Assembly: GCA_963697065.1 (NCBI GenBank)
Contig: CAVOMQ010000001.1
Coordinates: 386,518-450,517, forward strand
Length of the DNA stretch: 64,000 bases
Direction: 5' to 3'
Source of the DNA: an uncultured Gemmatimonadales bacterium
GTDB taxonomy: Bacteria; Gemmatimonadota; Gemmatimonadetes; Gemmatimonadales; GWC2-71-9
Below, in pieces: positions 47,048 to 56,251 of this stretch; the stretch's first letter is position 1; every line of letters begins with the position of its first letter. The notes beneath the pieces were generated by a model. It made no database searches, was not told the origin of the DNA, and saw nothing but the letters and a program-made list of their open reading frames with translations. The translations under genes and the position numbers were made by a program.

Positions 47048-47926
47048 TCACGACGCGATGATTTCTCCGGTGATCGTGACCGGCGGCAGTTCGCCTGTCA
47101 GACGCAGTGAGATGTTCCACAGTCGCGCGCTGATCACCGCGTCGTGCGAAAGAAGCGACGACGTGGCCGGCCTGCAATCCTTGAAGTACTTGCCGGTGAC
47201 ACCATCGACTTCGTCGGAGGTGGCGAGATAGACCACCGTTCTGGCGCCCTCATCCGGCGTCACCGCGCGTCGCCGCGCAAGCGGCCACGCCCACCTCAGC
47301 CACCAGCGATCGAACTCCCGTGCCAGCAGCTGCGTGTTCACCAGTCCCGGATCGCAGCAGTTGGCGGTCACGCCGGTCCCGGCCAACCGGTCGGCGAGAT
47401 CGTACGTGAACATCACGTTGGCCAGCTTCGAGCGCGCGTACGCGGTCAGCCCGCCGTACCCCTTGCGACTTTCCCAGTCTTCCGGATCGCTCACCCGCTG
47501 GTGGGCTTCGGACGCGACATTCACGATGCGCGCCGGCGCCGACGCCTTGAGCGTGTCGAGCAGTGTCGTCGTCAGAATGAACGGTGCCAGGTGATTCACT
47601 GCGAGTGTGGCTTCGACGTTGTCGACGGTCATCGTCCGGTGCATGAAGAATGCGCCCGCGTTGTTGATCAGCACGTCCAGGCGTGGATGCGCGGCGGCGA
47701 TCTCACTCGCCACCCGGCGAACGTCCGCCTGCACCATGAAATCGGCGATGAACAGCTCGACGACCGCACCGGGATGTGCCGCCTGCAATTCCGACCGCGC
47801 CTGCTCGCCCGCGGCGCGGTCGCGGCAGAGCATCAGGACACCGGCACCCTGGGCCGCGAGCATATCCGCGACGGCGCGACCGATGCCGCGATTGGCACCG
47901 GTGATCAGACAGACCTTCCCCCGCAT
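47048..47926 (-). CDS. Short-chain dehydrogenase/reductase (retinol-dehydrogenase-like SDR)
   Basis: TGANRGIG cofactor motif, NNAG, and YARSK catalytic YxxxK. Confidence 0.85.
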   Translation of the reverse strand: MRGKVCLITGANRGIGRAVADMLAAQGAGVLMLCRDRAAGEQARSELQAAHPGAVVELFIADFMVQADVRRVASEIAAAHPRLDVLINNAGAFFMHRTMTVDNVEATLAVNHLAPFILTTTLLDTLKASAPARIVNVASEAHQRVSDPEDWESRKGYGGLTAYARSKLANVMFTYDLADRLAGTGVTANCCDPGLVNTQLLAREFDRWWLRWAWPLARRRAVTPDEGARTVVYLATSDEVDGVTGKYFKDCRPATSSLLSHDAVISARLWNISLRLTGELPPVTITGEIIAS

Positions 47927-47999
47927 TCCTCCTCCTGCCGTTGGCCGGCAAACCCGCCGGGCGGACCAATATAGCCCAGCGGCCGTGTAAGTTGGTGCC

Positions 48000-50552
48000 G
48001 TGAAACCCGCCCGCGATCACGTTCTCCCGCCGGATCCCGCCGGCTATCGCCAGGCGCGCCCCGGTGGGCGGGTGATCGTGATCGCGCCGACCCGCGCCGC
48101 GTGCGAAACAATCGAGATCGCGCTCCAGACCCGGGTCGACACCGTCCTCGAACGGGAACACGGCCGCGAACTGCGTCAGTGGGCCGGCGACGGCAAGGGA
48201 TTCGGCATCGTCGCCGGCACCGGTACCGGCAAGACACTCGGCATCCGGCCCATTGCGGAGGTGATTCTCGGCGAGCCGCTCCAGGTCGACGTCGTCAATC
48301 GGGAACGAGAAGCCACTGCGGCGACCGCGCAGTGCAATGTCGTCATCGTCACCACCGGCATTGCCCGCCGCTGGCTGTGCGACGATCTGATCTCGGCGCA
48401 CGACACCATCGTCGTCGACGAGATCCATCAGACCTCGGCCGAACTCGAGTTGTGTCTCGCCCTTGGCAAGCGCATCGGCTGCCGTTTCATCTGGCTGTCG
48501 GCCACCGTCGACCCCGAGGTCTATCGCCGCTATCTCGCCAGCGACGAAGTCCTGCAGACGAGTGCGTTCGACCCGGACCTCAAGGCGTCCGTGACGATCA
48601 CGCCGCAGGCACCGGAACGGTTTCTCGACGACCACACCGTGCAGAAGTTCATCGCCGACCGCCGCGGTGTCGCGGTGTTCCTGCCCACACGCGCCGAAGT
48701 CGAACGCCTCGGTGCCGATCTCGGTGGCAGATTCCCTCGCCTCAACGCCGCGTTCTATCACGGCGGCGAACCGATCCGCGTGATCCGCCCGTTCCTCGAC
48801 GGCGAAGTCGCCAGGCCCTTCCTGCTGGCGATGACCGCTGCCGGTCAGTCCGCGCTCAACGTGCCGGGACTCGACACCGTGATCATCGAGGACGCACGCT
48901 ACGGCACCGTGGTCGATCACGGCCGCAACGTCCTCCACCGGCTGCACCTCGGCGCCAACGAGATCCTGCAGATGGCTGGCCGCGTCCACGGCCGCGTCGC
49001 CGGCGGCAAGGTGGTCATACTGTCGGATCGCCCGCTCGACTTCGCCTCGCTGCATCCCGGACCGCCGGAATTCCAGCTGGCCGGTGACGCCGAGCGCGTG
49101 GCGTTGACGTGCGCCGAACTGGGCGTCGATGCCACCGAACTGGATCTTCCCGTTCCACTCGACCGCGACGCCTACCGGCGCGCCGTCCGGACCCTGACCG
49201 ACCGCGGACTGATCGCCGCCGGCCGCCTGACGGACTATGGCCGACAAGTCGAAGCGATGCCGGTCGACCGCGCCTGGGGCGAATTGCTGGTGAACGCCAC
49301 CACCGACGAGTTGCCGCTGGTGGCCGGATCCAGCGGAATCGATTCGCTGCACCGGATGACGCGCGAAGACCGCGACCTGCGTGGCGCCGTGGTGCCCGGC
49401 AGCGATCATCTCACCACGTACAACCTGCTTGCCGAAGCCATCGAACACTGCGGCAGCATCGCCACGGTCCATGGGCTGCGCCGTCACGCGTTCGACGAGT
49501 CCGCGCTCGGGGAATGGGCCGAAGGACGCGGCGTGCTCGTGAAGGCGATCGAAGACGCCGCGCTCGGACTCGCCGCGGCGTACCGTGCCCTCGACGCCGA
49601 GCTCCCCGCCGAGCTGCCGCGCGTCACCCGCCGCGAACGCGGCATCTTCGTCGACCTGCTGGCACGGATCGAGCCCTTCGATCTCGTCATCGGGCAACAC
49701 ACCGCCGCTGGACAGGCGGTACGGGTTTCCAGGACGTCGGTGATCGACGACGGCTGGGCGGCGGTCGCGGGTACGATCCGCTACTTCGCTGATCGCTCCG
49801 GCACGCCGCGGGCGAGCATCGAGGGCACCGCGATTCCGGCAGGCGTCGTCCGCAAGTACGCCACCGCGGGACCACCGGCCGTCGTCCTCACCGGGCACCG
49901 GAATCACCAGGGGCTCGGGGTCTCGCGAACGCTCGCCTATTTCGGATTCGAATTGGAGCGGACCACCGAAAAGCTGCCGGGGACGATTCCGGAACCGCTG
50001 CGTGCCGCCGCGCGCGCCGTGCTGACCGACGCGCTGCTTCAGGGCGCCGCCGACCATCCGTCGCGAGCACGGCTGCTGCTCGCCGCCGAAGCACTCGACG
50101 AATATTGGCGCCGGTCCGGCGGCGGGCTGCGCGGCATCGACCCCGCCGGTCGCCGCAACCTCGTTGCGGCGCAGCTGGAAGACGTCGACTCGTGGGCCGC
50201 CTTTCAGGGCACGGCCGTTGCGCTCGACACGGCAGCACTCGTCCCCGCCGCGGAGCGCGCGCACCTCGACGCGCTGCCGGGCAGTGCCAGGATCCGCGGC
50301 GACGCCGCGCCGATCGTCTACGAAGTGCGCGACGGTCTGCCCCTCGCGCGTCTCGTGCTGCGCGAGGGCCAGGCCAGGCGGGTTCGCGACGACGAACTTC
50401 CGGTGCTGGACCGACCGCTCGCCTTTGCGGTCAGGCGCGGCGGCGACACCGTGCAGGCCGACTCACTCGCGCGTCTCCGTGAGCTGCTCCGCAATCGACC
50501 GGCCGAACGACGCCAGCCATCGCATCGCTCGAAAGACCGCCGTCACCGCTGA
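48000..50552 (+). CDS. DEAH-box (HrpA/HrpB-like) ATP-dependent helicase with a long uncharacterised C-terminal region
   Basis: Motif I GTGTGKT, motif II DEIH, motif III SAT, and motif VI QMAGRVHGR. About 400 C-terminal residues have no motif I recognise. Confidence 0.85.
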   Translation: MKPARDHVLPPDPAGYRQARPGGRVIVIAPTRAACETIEIALQTRVDTVLEREHGRELRQWAGDGKGFGIVAGTGTGKTLGIRPIAEVILGEPLQVDVVNREREATAATAQCNVVIVTTGIARRWLCDDLISAHDTIVVDEIHQTSAELELCLALGKRIGCRFIWLSATVDPEVYRRYLASDEVLQTSAFDPDLKASVTITPQAPERFLDDHTVQKFIADRRGVAVFLPTRAEVERLGADLGGRFPRLNAAFYHGGEPIRVIRPFLDGEVARPFLLAMTAAGQSALNVPGLDTVIIEDARYGTVVDHGRNVLHRLHLGANEILQMAGRVHGRVAGGKVVILSDRPLDFASLHPGPPEFQLAGDAERVALTCAELGVDATELDLPVPLDRDAYRRAVRTLTDRGLIAAGRLTDYGRQVEAMPVDRAWGELLVNATTDELPLVAGSSGIDSLHRMTREDRDLRGAVVPGSDHLTTYNLLAEAIEHCGSIATVHGLRRHAFDESALGEWAEGRGVLVKAIEDAALGLAAAYRALDAELPAELPRVTRRERGIFVDLLARIEPFDLVIGQHTAAGQAVRVSRTSVIDDGWAAVAGTIRYFADRSGTPRASIEGTAIPAGVVRKYATAGPPAVVLTGHRNHQGLGVSRTLAYFGFELERTTEKLPGTIPEPLRAAARAVLTDALLQGAADHPSRARLLLAAEALDEYWRRSGGGLRGIDPAGRRNLVAAQLEDVDSWAAFQGTAVALDTAALVPAAERAHLDALPGSARIRGDAAPIVYEVRDGLPLARLVLREGQARRVRDDELPVLDRPLAFAVRRGGDTVQADSLARLRELLRNRPAERRQPSHRSKDRRHR

Positions 50553-52579
50553 GCCGGTGGTTCTCCGGTGCGCTCCAGCGCTGCCCTGGCGCGTCCGATC
50601 GCGTCGAGATGCGCCGTCAGGTGGCGCGACAACAGCGTCCGTTCCTCCAGAAACCGATCCAACGCCGCCGTCAGATGCCGGTCGCGCTCGCCACGCCGCC
50701 GCGCCACCGCGTTCGCTTCGTCGACCGCCGGACCGAGTGATCGGGCCACGTCCTCGACCCGCCGCGCCGCTTCGGCCATGACGCGCGCCGCGTCTTCTCC
50801 CGATTCCGCTTCGCGGATCGCGGCCGCGAGCGCCTCGCGTACCGTCGCGAACACCTGACCGAGACCGGCGAGGTCCGCTTCCAGCGACGCCGTATGACCG
50901 CCGATCTCCGTCGACGTGGCGGCGGTGACATCGGCCAGCCGCCGGATCTCTTCGGCAATCACACCGAACGTGCGCCCGGCGTCGCCGGCCCGGCTCGCCT
51001 CGAGCGCCGCGTTGTTGGCAAGCAGATTGGTCCGGAACGCCACCCCGTTGACCGTATCGTTGCTCGCGGCAATCGCATCACCCCGACGGAGCAGGCGGTC
51101 GAGTTCGCGCCGCAGCGCGTCGAGGGAGTCGAGCGCGCGCGCCATGGCGTCGGACGCGCCGCGCGCGCGTTGCCGGGCCACCGCCGCCGCGTCGTCGAGG
51201 CCTTCGCCGTGCCGGCTCAACCCCGACACGCCCTCACTGAGTTGCGCCAGCACCGCGCTCGCGTCCACCGGTGGCGGCGTCGCCATGCCGTCGGTCGCGG
51301 GCGCCGCGGGTGCCGAGAGCACCGCGGCGGCAATGTCACCGGAAACCGTCGCCATCTGGCGCCGGAGTGCCGCGATCTGATCGCGGGCCACGCTCTCCCG
51401 CCGGCGGCTTCGCAGCGTCGATCCGATCGGACGCAGAAACGCGGCCAGCCAGTCACGTTCACGCTCACCGAACGCCCCGGCGAATTCGCCGACCAGTTGC
51501 AGCTCACCGAGCGGATCCCCGCTGCGTCCGATCGGCGCCGTCACCACCCGCTCGTCGTCGTTCGTCTCGATGTCGGGAGCCATGGCCGAGTCGGTGTCTG
51601 GCTCGGCGATCTCGCCAACACGGATGTGCACCGCGGGCGACACCAGGCGGAGCGAGCCACCTCGCGCCTCGAACAGCTGCCGCAGCTCGTCGAGCAGTCC
51701 CCGAAGGTCCGCCGAAAGGTCGTCGCTGTCCAGGAGCCGGAGTGCGAAGCGCTGCGCCGCAGCGTCGCGCCGCTCGCTGTCGGCGAACGGAACCGCCAAC
51801 AACGCGGCCACTCCGAACATCACCAGCAGCACCAATGCCGCCCGCCCTGGCGCGATCGGCCAGCCGAAGCCCGGGCCAAGCTCCGGAACGAACGTGCTCG
51901 CCGCGAGCGGCCCGAATCCGAGGACCACGGCGGCGAATCCCCAGGCCACCGCCCGCCGGTGAGAGCGGCGCCGATCCGACGAAATGAGTGCCAGCGCCAG
52001 CGCCAGCAGCGCCACCGCCGCCGCCGCCGGCTCGAGCACCCTGGCCCGGATCGTACCATCGGCAGCCTGAAGTACCGCCGCTTCACCGGTCAGCAGCCCG
52101 CTCGTTACCGCCAGGATCAATCCCAGCTCCGCCAGATACCACGCCGCCACCCATCCCTGCCATCGCTCCCGGCGGTGCGGCCATGCCACGATCAGGGAGA
52201 AATGAACGACCAGCGGGGCCAATGCGTATCGCCAAGGGGCGGTAAGAAGAAACGCCCCGATCGACGTTGCCACCGCGGGCCGGTCCAGCGGGGCCAGCGC
52301 CAGCAGAACCGCGATGCTTGCCGACAGTGCGGCGAATGGCAGAGCCAGCCGGACGCCATGAAACCGGTAGGCGATCACGGCCCCGCCGGCGATCGCGATC
52401 GCGGTGGCGGCCAGCCGGATGGTGAGATCGACCGGAGTTACCGCCGTTTCGCCCAGCCAGTCGACCAGCGGCAACCCCGCGGCGCACACGGCGAGGGCCA
52501 GAAACAGCGGCCAGGCCGATGACATCTGGAGGCGGGCGCCACCGGGTCCGGCGGAAGATGGCGACAAGAATTTGCTCAT
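50543..52579 (-). CDS. Polytopic membrane protein with a C-terminal methyl-accepting-chemotaxis-type signalling hairpin
   Basis: ATG at complement of 52577-52579 (alternative at 52525). About 8 N-terminal TM segments. Conserved MCP tip VAFRTNLLANNAALEASRAGDAGRTFGVIAEEIRRLA. Confidence 0.7.
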   Translation of the reverse strand: MSKFLSPSSAGPGGARLQMSSAWPLFLALAVCAAGLPLVDWLGETAVTPVDLTIRLAATAIAIAGGAVIAYRFHGVRLALPFAALSASIAVLLALAPLDRPAVATSIGAFLLTAPWRYALAPLVVHFSLIVAWPHRRERWQGWVAAWYLAELGLILAVTSGLLTGEAAVLQAADGTIRARVLEPAAAAVALLALALALISSDRRRSHRRAVAWGFAAVVLGFGPLAASTFVPELGPGFGWPIAPGRAALVLLVMFGVAALLAVPFADSERRDAAAQRFALRLLDSDDLSADLRGLLDELRQLFEARGGSLRLVSPAVHIRVGEIAEPDTDSAMAPDIETNDDERVVTAPIGRSGDPLGELQLVGEFAGAFGERERDWLAAFLRPIGSTLRSRRRESVARDQIAALRRQMATVSGDIAAAVLSAPAAPATDGMATPPPVDASAVLAQLSEGVSGLSRHGEGLDDAAAVARQRARGASDAMARALDSLDALRRELDRLLRRGDAIAASNDTVNGVAFRTNLLANNAALEASRAGDAGRTFGVIAEEIRRLADVTAATSTEIGGHTASLEADLAGLGQVFATVREALAAAIREAESGEDAARVMAEAARRVEDVARSLGPAVDEANAVARRRGERDRHLTAALDRFLEERTLLSRHLTAHLDAIGRARAALERTGEPPAQR

Positions 52580-52678
52580 GGATGACGTGTCAATATGGCG
52601 TGTGGACGCCTCGGGCGGTACATGCGGCGGCGCGTCGCCAATTGAAACCTCGAACCTCAACTCGGCGTACTTCCAACC

Positions 52679-53155
52679 ATGACGCAGCCGATGACCACTG
52701 CAACGGCACTTCCGTCAGTCTTTTCTCCGCTCGCCAAGGCGCTGCTCGATTCGTTCAGCGAAGGCGTGATCGTCTTCGACCAGCATGGGCGCATTCTCTA
52801 CCTCAATTCGGCCGGTCGGCAGGTGCTTGCCGACGCCGGTCTCGATCCGGGCGGTGACAAGGACGATCTCCTCCCGGAACTGGCCGGGATGGGCGGCCGG
52901 CTGGCGCCGCTCAAAGTGGGAAGTCTCGACCTCGGCGAGGCGATCTATCTACCTCACCACGACGGACCCACCACGCTGGCCGAGCGGGAGAGGGACGCCA
53001 TCGTCCGGTCGCTCGAGGCGCATGCGTGGCGTCTGGCGGAGACGGCCAAGACCCTCGGCATCTCCCGAACGACACTCTGGCGGCGTTTGCGGGCGTACGG
53101 CCTCCATCGTGACGGCCGGACGAAATGGGACCAGGAGCAGGCTGGTTCGCTCTGA
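52679..53155 (+). CDS. Small PAS-like plus Fis-type HTH DNA-binding protein
   Basis: SEGVIVFDQHGRILYLNSAG (PAS-like) and C-terminal ERDAIVRSLEAHAWRLAETAKTLGISRTTLWRRLRAYG (HTH_8/Fis type). No AAA+ domain. Confidence 0.65.
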   Translation: MTQPMTTATALPSVFSPLAKALLDSFSEGVIVFDQHGRILYLNSAGRQVLADAGLDPGGDKDDLLPELAGMGGRLAPLKVGSLDLGEAIYLPHHDGPTTLAERERDAIVRSLEAHAWRLAETAKTLGISRTTLWRRLRAYGLHRDGRTKWDQEQAGSL

Positions 53156-53219
53156 GTCACCCGCTCAGCGACGCACACGGCCATGACGCGGTGTTCGACG
53201 TCTTCTTCGGGGGGCGGCG

Positions 53220-53747
53220 ATGACGAGACGCTCCACGACCGCCGTCGTGGTGGTCGCTGCGATCCTTGCCGCCACCTGGTGGTACGGATTCGGTCCGGGT
53301 CGCGCCGCGCACGGAGCGCGCAAGGGTACCATCGCCTTCGATTGGCGTGGCACATTCAACGGCCGGGCCGTCCTGCCGGCGCGAGTGAGCTGGTGTCCGG
53401 TGACTCGCATCGGGGTCCTCGACGCCATCGCCGCTGATACCGGCGTCGAGATCGTCTTTTACGAGCACGATTCGCTGTCGGCCGGGACCCACGCGATCGT
53501 CGCCCCGTCGGACAGTGCCGCGATGCCGCGGCCGGGTGCCACGGTGGCCTTCCGCTGGTCGCCGGGCATCGACAGCCTCGAGGGGTTCCGGTCCGGCAGC
53601 GGCACCGCCGCACTGCGCTGGAGCGAAGGGACTCTCTCCGGAGTGGCCAACGCGCTTCTCCACGCCGCGATCGGATTCGACACGCTGCGATTCTCCGCCA
53701 CCTTCGACCACCTGCCCGTCACCGCCACCGCCACCGGCTGCAACTGA
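53220..53747 (+). CDS. Membrane-anchored hypothetical protein
   Basis: N-terminal anchor MTRRSTTAVVVVAAILAATWWYGF. No family recognised. Confidence 0.5.
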   Translation: MTRRSTTAVVVVAAILAATWWYGFGPGRAAHGARKGTIAFDWRGTFNGRAVLPARVSWCPVTRIGVLDAIAADTGVEIVFYEHDSLSAGTHAIVAPSDSAAMPRPGATVAFRWSPGIDSLEGFRSGSGTAALRWSEGTLSGVANALLHAAIGFDTLRFSATFDHLPVTATATGCN

Positions 53748-53767
53748 CCGGGCCTTATCTTCCTCCG

Positions 53768-54967
53768 ATGGACTCGACGTACTTCCGCCGCGGTTTCGGA
53801 CTCAAGACCGAAATCGAAGATCAGCGCTCGGCCGATTATCACAGCGCGGTGGTCGACGCGATGCGCGCCAACGGCAACGTCCTTACCGCCGGCCCGTTGA
53901 CGTTCCGGCTGGCCCAGGAATTCGGCTTCTGTTACGGCGTCGATCGCGCGGTCGATTATGCCTACGAGACGTGCGCCAAGTTTCCCGACCGACGCCGCTT
54001 CCTGGTGGGCGAGATCATCCATAATCCCTTCGTCAACGCGAAACTCGCCCGGATGGGGATCACCTTTCTGGCCCACCGCCCCGACGAAGATTTCGACTTC
54101 TCACAGCTCGTACCCGGCGACGTGGTGATCCTCCCCGCGTTCGGCGTGACGATGCGCGATTTCCAACGACTTCGCGACATCGGCTGCATCGTGGTCGATA
54201 CCACGTGCGGCTCGGTGCTCAATGTCTGGAAACGGGTCGAGAGCTACGCCCGTGACGGCTTCACCGCCGTGATCCATGGCAAACACTATCACGAAGAGAC
54301 GAAGGCCACCGCCAGCCAGGTGATGCGGTATCCATCGGGCCGCTATCTCATCGTCTTCGACATGGCCGAAGCCCGAATGGTCTGCGACTGGATCGAAGGA
54401 CGAGGCGACCCGGAAGCGCTCACCTCGTACTTCGCGCGCCGCTGTTCGCCAGGATTCGATTTCGCGAGCGACCTCGAACGGGTCGGCGTGGCCAACCAGA
54501 CCACGATGCTCTCGGGCGAGTCGCTGGCCATCGCCGCCGAATTCCGCCGCGCTCTCGCGGCCCGCTGGGGGGAAGAGCAGATCGCCGACCACTTCCGCTC
54601 GTTCGACACCATCTGCTCGGCGACCCAGGAGCGGCAGGACGCGGTCGTCGAACTGCTGGCGGAGCCGATCGACGTGATGCTCGTCGTCGGCGGGTACAAT
54701 TCGTCGAACACCTGCGCGCTCGCAGCCCTCGCGCTGAGCCGGGGTGTCCGCACCTACCATCTCGAAGACGCCCAGGCGGTCGATCCCGCTACCCGCACCC
54801 TCCGCCACCAGCCGATTCGCACCAAGGACGAAGCCATCGACCCGCATTGGCTCGACGGAGTCCGCACCATCGGGATCACGGCAGGTGCGTCGACGCCGAA
54901 CAACAAGATCGGTGAGACGATCTGCCGGGTATGCGAGACCGCTGGAATAGATATTGATATAAAGTAG
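53768..54967 (+). CDS. ispH: 4-hydroxy-3-methylbut-2-enyl diphosphate reductase (long form)
   Basis: FGFCYGVDRAV, DTTCGSVLNVW, HGKHYHEET, and ICSATQERQ (three cluster cysteines). Confidence 0.9.
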   Translation: MDSTYFRRGFGLKTEIEDQRSADYHSAVVDAMRANGNVLTAGPLTFRLAQEFGFCYGVDRAVDYAYETCAKFPDRRRFLVGEIIHNPFVNAKLARMGITFLAHRPDEDFDFSQLVPGDVVILPAFGVTMRDFQRLRDIGCIVVDTTCGSVLNVWKRVESYARDGFTAVIHGKHYHEETKATASQVMRYPSGRYLIVFDMAEARMVCDWIEGRGDPEALTSYFARRCSPGFDFASDLERVGVANQTTMLSGESLAIAAEFRRALAARWGEEQIADHFRSFDTICSATQERQDAVVELLAEPIDVMLVVGGYNSSNTCALAALALSRGVRTYHLEDAQAVDPATRTLRHQPIRTKDEAIDPHWLDGVRTIGITAGASTPNNKIGETICRVCETAGIDIDIK

Positions 54968-54982
54968 GCGATCGCCTACTTT
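54961..54982. terminator. Perfect 22-bp palindrome overlapping the ispH stop; hairpin/terminator candidate
   Basis: aaagtaggcgatcgcctacttt is its own reverse complement. Followed by attgttgt. Unusually AT-rich for this window. Confidence 0.5.
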
Positions 54983-54988
54983 ATTGTT

Positions 54989-55639
54989 GTGCCAAAGAAA
55001 CTAGCCGCCGGCGTCGCCCATGCGCCACTCGGCCTGATCCTTACCACACGAGCCAAGATCGCCATTCTCAGAGAGTTATGGCGCAGTGGTTCGCCCCTGT
55101 CCCGGCGCGAAATTGCCCGGCGAACGGACATGGCCTACCGCAGCATCGAGCAGGGGCTCGCCGATCTCCTCGTTTCCGGCGTGATCGAGGAGATCGGCGA
55201 GCATCCCCGCCGCCTGGCGCAACTCAACGCCGAACATCGGCTCGGACCGCCACTCGCGGCGCTGTTCCGTGGCGAGGGCGACTTCTTCCCGGCGCTCCGG
55301 ATCGCGCTGCGCGCCGCGGCCGGCCAGGCGCCGGCGCGTTTGATCTCGGTCGCCATCACCGGCGCGGTCGCCGGGGGATCCGAGGCCCCGGGCGAGCCGC
55401 TGGAGCTGGTCGTCGTTGCTGACGACGCCCCGGCGGCACGCCATTGGACTGCCCGCTACCAGGCGCACGCCGACGAAATCCGGCGGCGCTTCGGCGTGGA
55501 GCTCCGCCTGATCGTCTACGACCTGGATTCCGCCCGGAACATCTGGCGCAAGCGCACCCCCGCCGCCGAGCGCGTCGTCCACGACGCCGAGACCGTCGTT
55601 GGCGCTCCGCTCCTCGAGGTCTTGACCGGCGGCACATAG
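54989..55639 (+). CDS. Winged-helix (MarR/ArsR-like) protein with a C-terminal degenerate nucleotidyltransferase-like region
   Basis: GTG at 54989. AKIAILRELWRSGSPLSRREIARRTDMAYRSIEQGLADLLVSGVIEE is wHTH-like. The ISVAITGAVAGGSEAPGEPLELVVVADD layout resembles minimal NTases but lacks a clear GS...DxD. Confidence 0.5.
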   Translation: MPKKLAAGVAHAPLGLILTTRAKIAILRELWRSGSPLSRREIARRTDMAYRSIEQGLADLLVSGVIEEIGEHPRRLAQLNAEHRLGPPLAALFRGEGDFFPALRIALRAAAGQAPARLISVAITGAVAGGSEAPGEPLELVVVADDAPAARHWTARYQAHADEIRRRFGVELRLIVYDLDSARNIWRKRTPAAERVVHDAETVVGAPLLEVLTGGT

Positions 55640-55678
55640 CCGTTGGCGCCGACGCGGCGGGGTGGTACCGTTACCGCG

Positions 55679-56245
55679 ATGGCGCATTGGACGGCGGGTG
55701 CGGTGGGAACGGCAGCGCTGGCGTTGCTGCTGGCATGCCCGCTTGCCGGCCAGGACAGGCCGGCCGCCATTCCGGTCGATTCGCTGCAGACCGCGGCCAC
55801 CGCGGTGCTGAGCGATTCCGGGCTGGTGGTCGTGTTTCCCCGCGCCATGTCACCCGACTCGATCACCCAGAACGCGATAGTCCCGGATCTCTTTTCCGGC
55901 TATGAGTGGCGCGTCATCTTCCTGCGCCCGAACACCTCTCTGCTCGCCGCGTTCGTCATTCCGCCGGACGACACGCTGGCGATTCACCACTACGGCACCA
56001 TCGGCCAGGCGTACGACGCCGGCTCGCTGCGTACCTGCCGGCGCAACCTCCAGGTGCTGGACTGCGACCAACTGGCGCGCGGATTGGTGCGCGACGTCGA
56101 CGGCCGCCTCGAGATCGCGATCCTCGATCCGGATTGGTTGGGATTGGCGTTCAACGTCGGCACGCCGATGGTCCGCCTCGTCGTCAAGCGCGCGCAGCAG
56201 GTGTTGTGGGCGGAAGACGTGCCGGTGCTGGTCCGGCTGCCGTGA
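55679..56245 (+). CDS. Exported hypothetical protein
   Basis: ATG at 55679. Signal MAHWTAGAVGTAALALLLACPLAGQ. Confidence 0.5.
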   Translation: MAHWTAGAVGTAALALLLACPLAGQDRPAAIPVDSLQTAATAVLSDSGLVVVFPRAMSPDSITQNAIVPDLFSGYEWRVIFLRPNTSLLAAFVIPPDDTLAIHHYGTIGQAYDAGSLRTCRRNLQVLDCDQLARGLVRDVDGRLEIAILDPDWLGLAFNVGTPMVRLVVKRAQQVLWAEDVPVLVRLP

Positions 56246-56251
56246 GACCGG

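Noticed and set aside
47703-50264. 853-aa minus-strand ORF
   Set aside because: It is antisense to the DEAH helicase, which has all the helicase motifs. Its translation is Arg/Gly/Ala-rich with no motifs, which is a typical high-GC shadow ORF.
54969-54976. GCGATCGC octamer (the cyanobacterial HIP1 motif) as a sign of a HIP1-like repeat family
   Set aside because: By eye, the same octamer occurs several times inside ordinary coding sequence in this GC-rich window (for example near 11990, 13050, 25482, 35210 and 46900). Its presence here is not informative by itself.
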